From Gammaproteobacteria bacterium (lineage in GTDB: Bacteria; Pseudomonadota; Gammaproteobacteria; Pseudomonadales; PIVM01), in NCBI GenBank assembly GCA_003353945.1, contig PIVM01000005.1, positions 21,351 through 85,350 of the forward strand: DNA of 64,000 nucleotides, read 5' to 3'. Positions 35,474 to 45,071 of the stretch are shown here, piece after piece. The position numbers and the translations under genes were made by a program. The notes beneath the pieces were generated by a model. That model had not been told where the DNA came from, made no database searches, and worked only from the letters and a program-made list of their open reading frames with translations. Numbering within the stretch: the stretch's first letter is position 1; every line of letters begins with the position of its first letter.

Positions 35474-35896
35474 TCACCGCACTGCGTCCCGATCACACCT
35501 CATTAAATGCAGTAAATATCTGAGTTTATCCTTTGCACTACCGTCGCCTTGAGGATTGTCGGACAATCCACGCACAAGATCATTCAGTAGATATCGGCAA
35601 GAAAAAAGCCTTAGAACAACGTCACTGTTAAGCGGCACAACCTCACTCTGAATCCGCTCTAAATAGCATCCCAGCTCCTGAAGCAAAGAAACAATATCTT
35701 CAAGCTCTAGCTGACGAGCCGGCGCGAGTATCTTTTCCATCAGATTTATAATGTGAGCTATCGCATTATAATCTCGCCCATTTTCGTCCACACCAATAAT
35801 TGCCTCATCCATTTTTTGCAAGGTGTGTTCAGACAACTCAACAAAAGAGGCAATATCCAACGATGGTTGGCATTCACTGTGTGACGATGTGTCCAT
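35474..35896 (-). CDS. hypothetical helical protein; first gene of the che operon
   Basis: 140 aa with RBS GGTGGAG. Predicted helical. No HPt (HxxKG) or CheZ motif recognised. Confidence 0.5.
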   Translation of the reverse strand: MDTSSHSECQPSLDIASFVELSEHTLQKMDEAIIGVDENGRDYNAIAHIINLMEKILAPARQLELEDIVSLLQELGCYLERIQSEVVPLNSDVVLRLFSCRYLLNDLVRGLSDNPQGDGSAKDKLRYLLHLMRCDRDAVR

Positions 35897-36033
35897 TGAC
35901 TATTACTCCACCAGCCTGTTACTAATTAAACAGACAGGAAATATCTTCCAACGAGATCAAGTATGGTCAACGATGAGAGGATTGCATGCGGGAATCACTC
36001 GCTCATTCATGTAGGATAAAGCACCGTGATAGA

Positions 36034-36051
36034 TGTAGGAATTTTCCTACA
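36034..36051. promoter_or_regulatory. perfect 18-bp palindrome TGTAGGAA-TT-TTCCTACA (7-2-7 layout)
   Basis: Read directly. It lies about 140 nt upstream of the che operon start and about 70 nt downstream of the NarL-type regulator gene. An extra ATGTAGGA direct repeat sits at 36009-36016. Confidence 0.35.
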
Positions 36052-36121
36052 AGAGCCCCGGGCTTCAGAAATAGTATCCGAGCTGTTTTACGATTAAAGT
36101 AACCATATAAAATACACTCTA

Positions 36122-36766
36122 TTATTCAATCAATTGGTTACGAATAGCATAGAGTGTTAGTTCTGCATTGTTTCTCATATTCATTTTTTCAAGCAAGCGC
36201 GTACGATAGGTGGCTACGGTTTTCACACTAAGACACAATTCCTGAGCAATTTCCGTTAATGGCACACCAAGAGCTAACTGAATAAAGACATGATATTCCC
36301 GATCTGAAAGTTTCTCGTGCTGAGGTTGCTCCTCATCTATACCTTTATGGTTAGAAAGGTTATCGGCCAAAAGGCCGGCAACAACGGAGCTGATAAATTT
36401 CTTTCCGCTTACTGCGGCTCTAACAGCATCTACTAATTTCTCTGGCGCACTCTGCTTATTTAGGTAACCGGCAGCACCAGCACGTATTAATCGAACCGCA
36501 TACTGCTCTTCAGGATAGCTACTTAAAATAAGAACCGGCTGTTTAGGTTTTTTCTGCTTGATTTGGGCAAGAACATCGATACCCCGCCTACCCGGCATCG
36601 CAATATCGAGTAGCACCACATCCCAGGAACTGCACTGAATTTTCTGGATCGCTTCAGCTCCATTTTCCGCTTCGCCAAAAAAATACTCATCGCCTGCCTC
36701 CTCCAGCACCTGCATCATTCCGCGACGGACAATGGCATGATCATCAACAATCAACACCCTGTACAT
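36122..36766 (-). CDS. NarL/FixJ-family response regulator (REC + LuxR-type HTH)
   Basis: 214 aa. VLIVDDH...VVLLDIAMPG... and a C-terminal LSDREYHVFIQLALGVPLTEIAQELCLSVKTVATYRTRLLEKM. Confidence 0.9.
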   Translation of the reverse strand: MYRVLIVDDHAIVRRGMMQVLEEAGDEYFFGEAENGAEAIQKIQCSSWDVVLLDIAMPGRRGIDVLAQIKQKKPKQPVLILSSYPEEQYAVRLIRAGAAGYLNKQSAPEKLVDAVRAAVSGKKFISSVVAGLLADNLSNHKGIDEEQPQHEKLSDREYHVFIQLALGVPLTEIAQELCLSVKTVATYRTRLLEKMNMRNNAELTLYAIRNQLIE

Positions 36767-36768
36767 GT

Positions 36769-38304
36769 CTATTCTCCTTGCGTCAACACAATTGGCACAC
36801 GCAACACTACGCGTGTGCCCTCACCAGGCTCTGACTCCAGATGCAGTTTGCCTCCTAAAAACAATGCTCGCTCGCCCATACCCCGAATGCCGTAAGAACC
36901 GGGTGCAAAAGCCGAAGCTTTACGTACTTCTGCCCGACGCTCAGCAAAACCTTCAATATAATCTGAGTTTTGCTGAACCGGCTCTGCTGCGGGCAATCCC
37001 ACACCATCATCAGCGATTTGCAGTAAAAGCGTATTACCTTGCTGCAATACAATAACCTCAATTCGTGTAGCACTGGCATGACGTGCAATATTCGTTAGCG
37101 CCTCCTGACAAATGCGAAATACAGCAATAGCACGATCATTTTCCATAGTAATCTCATCGAGGTTAGTCGATACCTGGCAGGGAATGTCACATCGCTGTGA
37201 AAATTCCTTTGCCTGCCATTCAAGTGCCGCCAGCAAACCCAAATCATTTAGCACACTTGGCCGCAATTCCGTCACAATTCGGCTACAGGCTTCGGCAGCC
37301 GTTGCCACCAGACCTGACATGTCAGAGATTTTCTTCTTCATTTCCTCTTGGCTGTCCGACAATTTATGTTCTAACCAGTGAATATCCACATTAAGTGCTG
37401 TCAACGTAGCTCCCAGCTCATCATGAACCTCCTGAGCAATATAGGCTTTTTCTTCCTCTCGCACTTTTTGTATATGCAGGCCCAACTCTCGCAATTGTTT
37501 TTTGGATTGAAGCAAGGCCAGTTCCGTCCTTTTTCGCTCCGTAATATCGACATGGGTACCGATGATACGACTGGCTACGCCTTCCTCAGCATAAACAAAA
37601 CCTCTGGATAGTACGCTGGCATATTCTCCATTAGACATGCGCATACGATACTCCATTTCATATCGGTCAACTGGCTTTTTTATCCATCTCCCGACTTTTT
37701 TGAACACCTGTTCCTTATCAGCCGGGTGCAGCAATTGCTCAAAGGTCTTCATTGTCGCTGGCAGTTCCTGCTCACCATAACCCAGCATTTTCATCCAGCG
37801 TGGCGAATAGTACACGACTGCGCTTCCCAGACTCCAATCCCAAAGACCATCATTGGCACCGCGCATGGCTAATTTGAAACGCTCCTCACTTTTCTTTAAG
37901 GCCTTTTCAGCCCGCTTGCGCGCACACCTGCTTTCAGCCTCGTGCAATTCGCGTCGAATGGCTGGCGCGAGACGAGATAAATTATTCTTACTGACAAAAT
38001 CCTGAGCACCGTTTTTCAACAGGCTAACCGCCTCCTCTTCACCGATTGCGCCGGATACTGCGATAAAAGGCAGATTACTGTCATAATGCCGAACCTTTCT
38101 AAGCACTTCTTCAACTGTCAACAGGGGAAGATGGCAATCGGATAAAACCAGATCCCACTCAGAGGCTTTCAGGGCATTGACTACCTCATCATGCTGACCA
38201 ACAACCTTGGCAGCAATATCAAGACCTTCGTTTTTCAAAAACAACAACACCAACTCGGCATCACGTGGGGAGTCTTCGACATAAAGAACTCTGAGTTTAT
38301 TCAT
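36769..38304 (-). CDS. receiver-first sensor kinase: REC-PAS-HisKA_3-HATPase (NarX/LiaS class)
   Basis: 511 aa. N-terminal REC (VLYVEDSPRD...DLVLSDCHLP), a PAS domain (DGLWDWSL...), the HisKA_3 H-box IAQEVHDELGATLTAL, and HATPase (ALTNIARHA, DDGVG). Confidence 0.85.
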   Translation of the reverse strand: MNKLRVLYVEDSPRDAELVLLFLKNEGLDIAAKVVGQHDEVVNALKASEWDLVLSDCHLPLLTVEEVLRKVRHYDSNLPFIAVSGAIGEEEAVSLLKNGAQDFVSKNNLSRLAPAIRRELHEAESRCARKRAEKALKKSEERFKLAMRGANDGLWDWSLGSAVVYYSPRWMKMLGYGEQELPATMKTFEQLLHPADKEQVFKKVGRWIKKPVDRYEMEYRMRMSNGEYASVLSRGFVYAEEGVASRIIGTHVDITERKRTELALLQSKKQLRELGLHIQKVREEEKAYIAQEVHDELGATLTALNVDIHWLEHKLSDSQEEMKKKISDMSGLVATAAEACSRIVTELRPSVLNDLGLLAALEWQAKEFSQRCDIPCQVSTNLDEITMENDRAIAVFRICQEALTNIARHASATRIEVIVLQQGNTLLLQIADDGVGLPAAEPVQQNSDYIEGFAERRAEVRKASAFAPGSYGIRGMGERALFLGGKLHLESEPGEGTRVVLRVPIVLTQGE

Positions 38305-39449
38305 TACAGCTTCTCGTCATGCGTCAATAGATTAGCTGACAGAGTGAAATAGAATGTGGCGCCTTTTTCCACAGCAGACTCTGCCCATATCTTACCCCCA
38401 TGGCGATGAACAATACGCTGTACGGTTGCCAAGCCAATACCGGAACCGCTGAATTGCTCCAGCGAATGCAAGCGCTGAAAAGGTATAAACAGTTTTTCCT
38501 TATCTCGCATATCGAAACCCACGCCGTTATCAGCCACATAGAAACAACACTGCGATGCCACATCACACTCCCCTATACGAATCTCAGCTGTAGATACACC
38601 ACTGGTATATTTCCAAGCGTTATTCAGGAGGTTAGTGAGCAGATTTTTCAACAGTCGGGGGTCACCCACACAGCGCATGTCAGGCTGAATACAGATATTA
38701 ATATTTCTTTCCGGCTCTTTCCTTCTAAGTGTCAATCCAATCGATTCCGCCACGGATGACAAATCCACGTTATGACTGAGCAATTCACCACTGGTGGAGC
38801 GCGATAGCGTCAGCAACCCCGCAATCATGGCTTGCATTTCCTCACTGCCTTCTTTCAAATATGACAGATACCGTCTTGCCTGCTCATCAAACTGATCACC
38901 ATACTGATCCACCAGCTCTTTACTGAAGCCTGCCAAGGCACGTAGAGGCGCGCTGAGATCATGAGACACGGCAGAGGTAAATGACTCTAGCTCTTTGTTC
39001 AAATCGGCCAAAGCTTTGTTCTTCTTTTTTAGCTGCACACGCGCCTGATGGAGGCTTAGCTGACTCTGCACCCGAGCCAACACTTCGGCAATCTGAAAAG
39101 GCTTGGTTACATAATCTGCGCCGCCTGCAGCAAAGGCCCGGACCTTTTCTTCTGCGTCATCCACCGCACTGATAAAAACAATAGGGATATCAGCTGTATC
39201 TGGACTCGACTTTAGCTGTTCGCAGACTGCATATCCATCCATCCCAGGCATTTTAACATCAAGCAGTATCAACTCAGGTGAAAATACTGCAACCGCCTTC
39301 AGCGCAGTTTCTCCACTAATCGCCGGACGTGGCTTGTACCCTTCAACTTGCAGAATTTCACACAATACTCGGAGGGTATCCGGGTTATCGTCAACAATCA
39401 GTATTCTTGCTAAACAACGCTCTTTCTGATTGCTTTCAGTCATACTCAT
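38304..39449 (-). CDS. receiver-first histidine kinase: REC-HisKA-HATPase
   Basis: 381 aa. REC (ILIVDDNPD...LILLDVKMPGMDG), H-box FTSAVSHDLSAPLR, and HATPase (NLLNNAWKY, DNGVGFD, GSGIGLA). Its TAATG stop/start overlaps the next gene. Confidence 0.85.
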   Translation of the reverse strand: MSMTESNQKERCLARILIVDDNPDTLRVLCEILQVEGYKPRPAISGETALKAVAVFSPELILLDVKMPGMDGYAVCEQLKSSPDTADIPIVFISAVDDAEEKVRAFAAGGADYVTKPFQIAEVLARVQSQLSLHQARVQLKKKNKALADLNKELESFTSAVSHDLSAPLRALAGFSKELVDQYGDQFDEQARRYLSYLKEGSEEMQAMIAGLLTLSRSTSGELLSHNVDLSSVAESIGLTLRRKEPERNINICIQPDMRCVGDPRLLKNLLTNLLNNAWKYTSGVSTAEIRIGECDVASQCCFYVADNGVGFDMRDKEKLFIPFQRLHSLEQFSGSGIGLATVQRIVHRHGGKIWAESAVEKGATFYFTLSANLLTHDEKL

Positions 39450-39748
39450 TTCCCTTTTCCCTTAACTTGGCACTGTTTTTATTTTTCCCGGTCTTTTATC
39501 GCCATTTCATATCACGACGAAATTCGTTATAGCGATATCTCGCCAGACAAATTATACATGTTCTGTCATGAGATAAAGAAACAATTCAAAATAATATCCA
39601 ACTATTGCAAGCTCCTAATACCATTTATGCACAGTACCTCGCCAACGATAATTCCAACAGATTCTAAATCAACCGCCCGCGTAAAAAACGCAGGATGAAC
39701 TAAACTGAAAATGATATAGAAACACTTTCCAGTAAACACTCAGATATT

Positions 39749-42676
39749 ATGACTAACACCGTTTTTGCATCCATCATGGTTGTCGATGACAAGCTTGAAA
39801 ATCTTCGGCTGATGGTACAAATTTTGGATGATGGAGGCTATCAGGTAATGCCCTGCCGCTCTGGTGAAGAGGCTTTGAGGTCGCTAGCCTCAAGGCCCTT
39901 CGACCTGCTGCTTCTCGACATCAATATGCCCGGCGGCATGAACGGTTACGAAGTGGCGAATCAAGTCCACTCCCTAACCGCCTATCGTAATTTGCCAATT
40001 ATTTTTATTAGCGCCTATCATGATATAGATGTGAAAACAAAAGCGTTTTCACACGGCGGTGTGGACTACATTTCAAAACCATTTCATCAAGACGAACTAT
40101 TGGCCCGCATTTCCGTTCACCTCAGGATAAAACGACTACAAGAAAAACTAAGCAAGAACAATGAACATCTTGAAGCAACCTGCTGCGAGTTGAGCACAGC
40201 CAATCAACGACTGAACAAACACTGGAAAATAGTGCACGAGCAGTTAAGCGAAATCGCTACGTTCATCAAGCGAACCAATCAAATAGATCAAGGTGCATTT
40301 TATTCCCCTTTATCGATTCATTTTGATACAGGAATGCCAGACATTGACAGAGAGCTTGGTGATCTGGTTGATGGCATTAATCAGACATGCCTTGAGATGG
40401 TGTCAGATTTTACAAAACGTGAAACCGCTGAACGCGAATTACACTCTCAGCACAAACGAACACTGCTGCTGATGACTATCGCGGCAGCAAGCAATGCGGC
40501 AAGCAATCCTATGCAAGCAATGAAAATTGCGCTAGAAGAAATCTGCATTTTTCTTCAATGGCCTGTCGGTCATATCTATCTCGTCGATACTAAGCCAACA
40601 CTTCAGCTTACATCATCAAAAATTTGGTATTCCAATGCTCAGAATAACTTCACTAATTTTCAACGAGCCACTGAGAAAACGGTCTTGAGATACGGAGAAG
40701 GATTGCCAGGACAGGTTTTGGAACAGGCCAAACCAGTGTGGATCACTGATATCAATAACAATGATATTCGACGCAACAATAATGGAAAACAAGAATTAAA
40801 CATCAAAAGCGCTTTTGCCTTTCCTGTGATTTTGGAAGGTGACATATTGGCAGTTTTCGAAATCTTTTCACTGCAATCACAACCTCCAGAAAAGGATCTA
40901 CTCCAATTAATGTCAGAGATCGGCAAGCAGTTGGGGTTTGCTATTGCGAGGAAAAAAGCAGAAACACGATCTACAGAACTATTGTCTGAAGTTCAACAGC
41001 TCAATGCAGATCTTGAACAACGTGTTAATAAACGGACACATCAGTTGGAGCAAGCCAATCAACAGCTCCATGAACTCGCCCAGGCTAAGAGTCAGTTTCT
41101 CTCAACCATGAGTCATGAAATCAGAACACCCATGAACGGTGTACTTGGCATGGTTGAGCTGATTGAAGGCACCAACTTAACCGATATTCAACGCCATTAC
41201 ATTGAGGCTATTCGCAGTTCAGGCGACACCCTGCTAACCGTGCTTAACGATATTCTGGACTTTTCAAAAATAGAAGCCGGAAAACTGGATTTGGAACGAA
41301 TAGATTTCAATCTCGAAAAACTGATTGACGATTGCGCCGCGATTTACTCCATCAAATCCATGACATCACAGGTTGATTTGCTAGCGGATGTTAGACCCGG
41401 CACTCCTCTCATAATCAATGGAGACCCAACTCGTATTCGGCAAATTGTGGTTAATCTGCTCAGCAATGCCTTCAAATTTACTTCTCAGGGAAAAGTCCGG
41501 GTAACTGTCTTAACTATCAACCCGCACAATAAACCACGATTGAAATTCGAGGTCAGCGATACCGGTATCGGCATTGAAAAACAGCAACAGTCTGAAATAT
41601 TCTCCGCATTTTCGCAGGCTGAAAAATCCACCAGCCGCCGCTTTGGTGGCTCAGGATTAGGACTGTCGATTTGCAAATTGCTGTGCGAACTGATGAATGG
41701 TGACATCGACCTGCACAGCGAACCAAATCGAGGCTCTACGTTCTGGTTCACACTGCCCATCTTGCCTTTGCAGACACAAATGCAGGTTCCGGTTCACTCC
41801 GACAAGCTTCAAAACAAGAACCTATTGATTGTCGATTCAGATCCGGAATATTGTGCAATGATCACAGCGCATACCAATAGTTGGGGTATGCAAACTCAAA
41901 GTCTGTTGGACATACAGAAATTGATAGATAATTATGATAAGACAATTGAGAACACGAATGCCGTATTACTTACGGCGGAGCTAAGCGAAGAGCAGTCACT
42001 GAAATTATCAGAACATATCTCAATATCCAATGATTCAAGGCCGGCTTTCATCTGGGTTACTCGGGGGCATGCCTATCTCAATAGCCCTCTCCTCGCACCC
42101 CATCGAATTGACGCGTTTCTGGAAAAACCCTTTGGCATTATTCAGCTTCACAACCAATTGACAGCCACTTTTTCAGGCATCAGCCGTAAATTTAAAACCG
42201 CTCCACCAAACGATCTGCCGCACCTGGAATATTTGCACGTCCTGGTTGCAGAGGATAATGCCGTTAACCAACTGGTCATCAAGGGCATGTTAAACAAATT
42301 TGGCATTTCTCCAGTACTGGCAAAAAACGGTTTAGATGCACTAGCACTGTTCGAGAAATCTGCGACAGAAAAAGAAAATAAATTTGATCTGATTCTGATG
42401 GATTGTGAAATGCCGGAAATGGATGGTTTTGAAGCTACTAAGCAGATTCGTTTAGTTGAACAAAAACAGTCAGGTCATTCTAACGTAGCAATTATCGCGC
42501 TAAGCGCCCACGCCATGACTGAACACAAAGAGCATGCCAAACAGAGCGGCATGAATGACTACCTGACAAAACCTGTCAGCCTTCATACGCTCAGGCACAT
42601 CATAAAAAAACATGATTCTCGGCAGTTACAAACTGACGCTGCTCTGCATCATGGACTAATCCCCTCCACTTACTGA
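39749..42676 (+). CDS. large hybrid sensor kinase: REC, coiled coil, GAF, HisKA, HATPase, degenerate receiver, REC
   Basis: 975 aa. N-terminal REC (IMVVDDK...LLLLDINMPG), a GAF-like segment, H-box FLSTMSHEIRTPMNG, HATPase (NLLSNAFKFT, DTGIGI, GGSGLGLSI), and a C-terminal REC (VLVAEDNAVNQ...LILMDCEMPEMDG). Confidence 0.85.
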   Translation: MTNTVFASIMVVDDKLENLRLMVQILDDGGYQVMPCRSGEEALRSLASRPFDLLLLDINMPGGMNGYEVANQVHSLTAYRNLPIIFISAYHDIDVKTKAFSHGGVDYISKPFHQDELLARISVHLRIKRLQEKLSKNNEHLEATCCELSTANQRLNKHWKIVHEQLSEIATFIKRTNQIDQGAFYSPLSIHFDTGMPDIDRELGDLVDGINQTCLEMVSDFTKRETAERELHSQHKRTLLLMTIAAASNAASNPMQAMKIALEEICIFLQWPVGHIYLVDTKPTLQLTSSKIWYSNAQNNFTNFQRATEKTVLRYGEGLPGQVLEQAKPVWITDINNNDIRRNNNGKQELNIKSAFAFPVILEGDILAVFEIFSLQSQPPEKDLLQLMSEIGKQLGFAIARKKAETRSTELLSEVQQLNADLEQRVNKRTHQLEQANQQLHELAQAKSQFLSTMSHEIRTPMNGVLGMVELIEGTNLTDIQRHYIEAIRSSGDTLLTVLNDILDFSKIEAGKLDLERIDFNLEKLIDDCAAIYSIKSMTSQVDLLADVRPGTPLIINGDPTRIRQIVVNLLSNAFKFTSQGKVRVTVLTINPHNKPRLKFEVSDTGIGIEKQQQSEIFSAFSQAEKSTSRRFGGSGLGLSICKLLCELMNGDIDLHSEPNRGSTFWFTLPILPLQTQMQVPVHSDKLQNKNLLIVDSDPEYCAMITAHTNSWGMQTQSLLDIQKLIDNYDKTIENTNAVLLTAELSEEQSLKLSEHISISNDSRPAFIWVTRGHAYLNSPLLAPHRIDAFLEKPFGIIQLHNQLTATFSGISRKFKTAPPNDLPHLEYLHVLVAEDNAVNQLVIKGMLNKFGISPVLAKNGLDALALFEKSATEKENKFDLILMDCEMPEMDGFEATKQIRLVEQKQSGHSNVAIIALSAHAMTEHKEHAKQSGMNDYLTKPVSLHTLRHIIKKHDSRQLQTDAALHHGLIPSTY

Positions 42677-42682
42677 CTCATC

Positions 42683-42720
42683 CTCTTCATCAAGCATTGC
42701 AAAACGTCTTGATGAGAGAG
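42683..42720. terminator. stem-loop between convergent genes
   Basis: 8-9 bp stem tcatcaag/cttgatga with a 13-nt loop. No clear U-tract. Confidence 0.35.
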
Positions 42721-42742
42721 GAGATTAACAAGCGCGAAACAA

Positions 42743-44776
42743 CTAATCGGCCTCCTGCACTTTGTACTGGCTGGCTAATTCCTTTTGCACATGATCAGGA
42801 ACAGGATCGAAATGACTGAACGCCAAGGTAAAGCTGCCCTCGCCGCCGGTAATGGAGTTTAATCGTGATAGAAAATCACTAATCTCCGCCAATGGTAGTT
42901 TAGCGGAAATCTGTATTCGTCCTCGACTCAGGGCTGCCGTATCATTGATCATGCCACGATGCCCACTGAGGTCGCCGGTCATATCGCCCATGGCTTCACT
43001 CGGCCCAATAATAGAAATACTGACTATGGGTTCCAGAACAATAGGCCGGGCACTGGAAATTGCATCTAAAAATGCCTTCTTTCCAGCAGCAACAAATGCG
43101 ATTTCCTTTGAGTCCACCGCGTGATATTTGCCATCATAGACAGTCACTTTCACATCCTGCATTGGGAATCCGGAGATAGCACCCTCCTGCAAAACCTGCT
43201 TTACACCTTTCTCCACGGCAGGAATAAACTGATAGGGAATCGCACCACCAACAACCTTATCAACAAACTCGAATCCCTGCCCTCTTTGCAACGGCTCGAC
43301 TTCCAGATACACCTCGCCAAACTGACCGGCTCCGCCGGATTGCTTTTTATGACGATGATGCCCTTTAGCCGACTTCGTGATGGTTTCTCGATAATCAATC
43401 GCCGGAACTGAGGTTTCAACCTGCAAGCTGAACTGGCTATCCATTTTTTCCAGAACAGTGCGCAAATGAACTTCCCCTACACCTTGCAGCACGGTCTCAT
43501 TCAGGTTAACACGATGCTCTAGCACCAAACTGGGATCTTCTGCCAGAATTTTCTTGAGTGTATCACCCAATTTTTGTTCATCGCCCCGCTTGGCAGGTCT
43601 TACTGCCAAGCCATACATGGGTGGTACAAATTCCAGCGACTTCAGATGAAAATTATCTTCATCATGCGAGTCATGCAGAACGTCATCGAACGAAATATCA
43701 TCAACCTTGGCAACCGCACACAGATCGCCCGGCCGTGCTTTATCAATCGAAACTCTCTCTGCTCCTTGCAACTGAAACAAATGATGGACCTTAAACGGTT
43801 TACGCCCGTCGCCGATATAGAGCTGACTTTCCGGAGTAATAGTTCCCTGATGCACCCTCATCACAGCCAATCTGCCCATAAAGGGATCAACAACGATTTT
43901 GAAGGCATGGGCAACGACGTGTTGGTCGGCATCATGTGTTAATTCGACTTCTTCTTCATGATTATAAAACAGTGGCGGATTACCTTCCTCCGGTGCAGGC
44001 ATGAGTTCCGTCATCACTTTCAATAGCAAATCAATACCCGCGCCGGTGCGACCTGATACAAAACAGATAGGAATTAAATGCTGCTCACGCAGAGCTTGTT
44101 CAAAGGGATTGTGTAGCTGTTCCGGGCTAAGCTCCTCTCCTTGTTCCAGATACAATTCCATTAACTCTTCATCGACTTCAACGACTTGGTCCACCAAGGC
44201 ATCATGAGACTCCCTGACAGATAAAAACGCGGTTTCAGTATCGTAGGCAGGTTTAAAAAAGCAATCGATAACTTCTTCACTGTCCTTGCAGGGCAAATTC
44301 AACGGTAAACATTCCGAACCAAATCGTTCCTGAATCTGCATCAGAAGTTCTTCGGCGCTGCCCTGATCTGAATCGATTTTATTGATGACGATCAAACGAC
44401 ATTTGTTGCGATGCTCAACAACCTCCATCAGGCGTTCCATCACCATTTCCACACCATCGTGCAAATCAACCACAAACGCCCCGGTTTCCACCGCAGGCAA
44501 TATGCTGATGGCACGACCGATAAAATCGGCGTATCCCGGCGTGTCGATAAGATTTACATGGACGTTACTGTGAGTAAAATGCGTCAGGCTGGTTTCGACT
44601 GAGTGCCCTAATGTTTTGGACTGTGGATCATGGTCACTTACCATGGTACCTCTTTCAAGTTCTCCCATGGTTTTGATACTACCGCCTGCAAACAACAGAC
44701 GTTCGATCAGCGTGGTTTTACCCGCGCCAGCGTGACCGAGAATGGCGATATTTCGGACATTAGCTGCATTGCCCAT
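42743..44776 (-). CDS. elongation factor G-family GTPase (EF-G paralogue)
   Basis: 677 aa. G1 AILGHAGAGKTT, G3 DTPGYADF, G4 NKID, and EF-G domain IV/V blocks. It is not in a str-operon context (no rpsL, rpsG or tuf nearby). Confidence 0.8.
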   Translation of the reverse strand: MGNAANVRNIAILGHAGAGKTTLIERLLFAGGSIKTMGELERGTMVSDHDPQSKTLGHSVETSLTHFTHSNVHVNLIDTPGYADFIGRAISILPAVETGAFVVDLHDGVEMVMERLMEVVEHRNKCRLIVINKIDSDQGSAEELLMQIQERFGSECLPLNLPCKDSEEVIDCFFKPAYDTETAFLSVRESHDALVDQVVEVDEELMELYLEQGEELSPEQLHNPFEQALREQHLIPICFVSGRTGAGIDLLLKVMTELMPAPEEGNPPLFYNHEEEVELTHDADQHVVAHAFKIVVDPFMGRLAVMRVHQGTITPESQLYIGDGRKPFKVHHLFQLQGAERVSIDKARPGDLCAVAKVDDISFDDVLHDSHDEDNFHLKSLEFVPPMYGLAVRPAKRGDEQKLGDTLKKILAEDPSLVLEHRVNLNETVLQGVGEVHLRTVLEKMDSQFSLQVETSVPAIDYRETITKSAKGHHRHKKQSGGAGQFGEVYLEVEPLQRGQGFEFVDKVVGGAIPYQFIPAVEKGVKQVLQEGAISGFPMQDVKVTVYDGKYHAVDSKEIAFVAAGKKAFLDAISSARPIVLEPIVSISIIGPSEAMGDMTGDLSGHRGMINDTAALSRGRIQISAKLPLAEISDFLSRLNSITGGEGSFTLAFSHFDPVPDHVQKELASQYKVQEAD

Positions 44777-45071
44777 ATTGAGACTCCCTTAGTTAAGCGT
44801 TTTAACAAGAATCAATGATCGGAACAGCAACTTCTAGCCAGACAAGCCAACGTCATGCGCATCAATTGGCATGCTTTCGGAAGTAATCCAGTGCTTGATA
44901 GTACTGAGGTCCAGCACAAAATCAAGTTTCAATGGTCGATAGTTGAGAGTTGAAACTAAATCGAAACAGCTATGCAGACATATCAACCAGTTACTCAATG
45001 GAAACCCTACCATTTCACCGCTTTGGGATCGCCAACAAAAGCGGGGCAGAATCAGACCAAGGTCAATGAAA

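Noticed and set aside
37314-37325. The palindrome CTGACATGTCAG, resembling the GTGACATGTCAC operator.
   Set aside because: It lies inside the coding sequence of the REC-PAS kinase, differs at the outer positions, and has no associated -24/-12 promoter. It is probably coincidental.
39468-39483. TGGCAC-TGTTT-TTAT upstream of the 39749 hybrid kinase, considered as a sigma-54 promoter.
   Set aside because: The -12 element lacks the conserved GC (TTAT instead of TTGC), and no palindromic enhancer is nearby.
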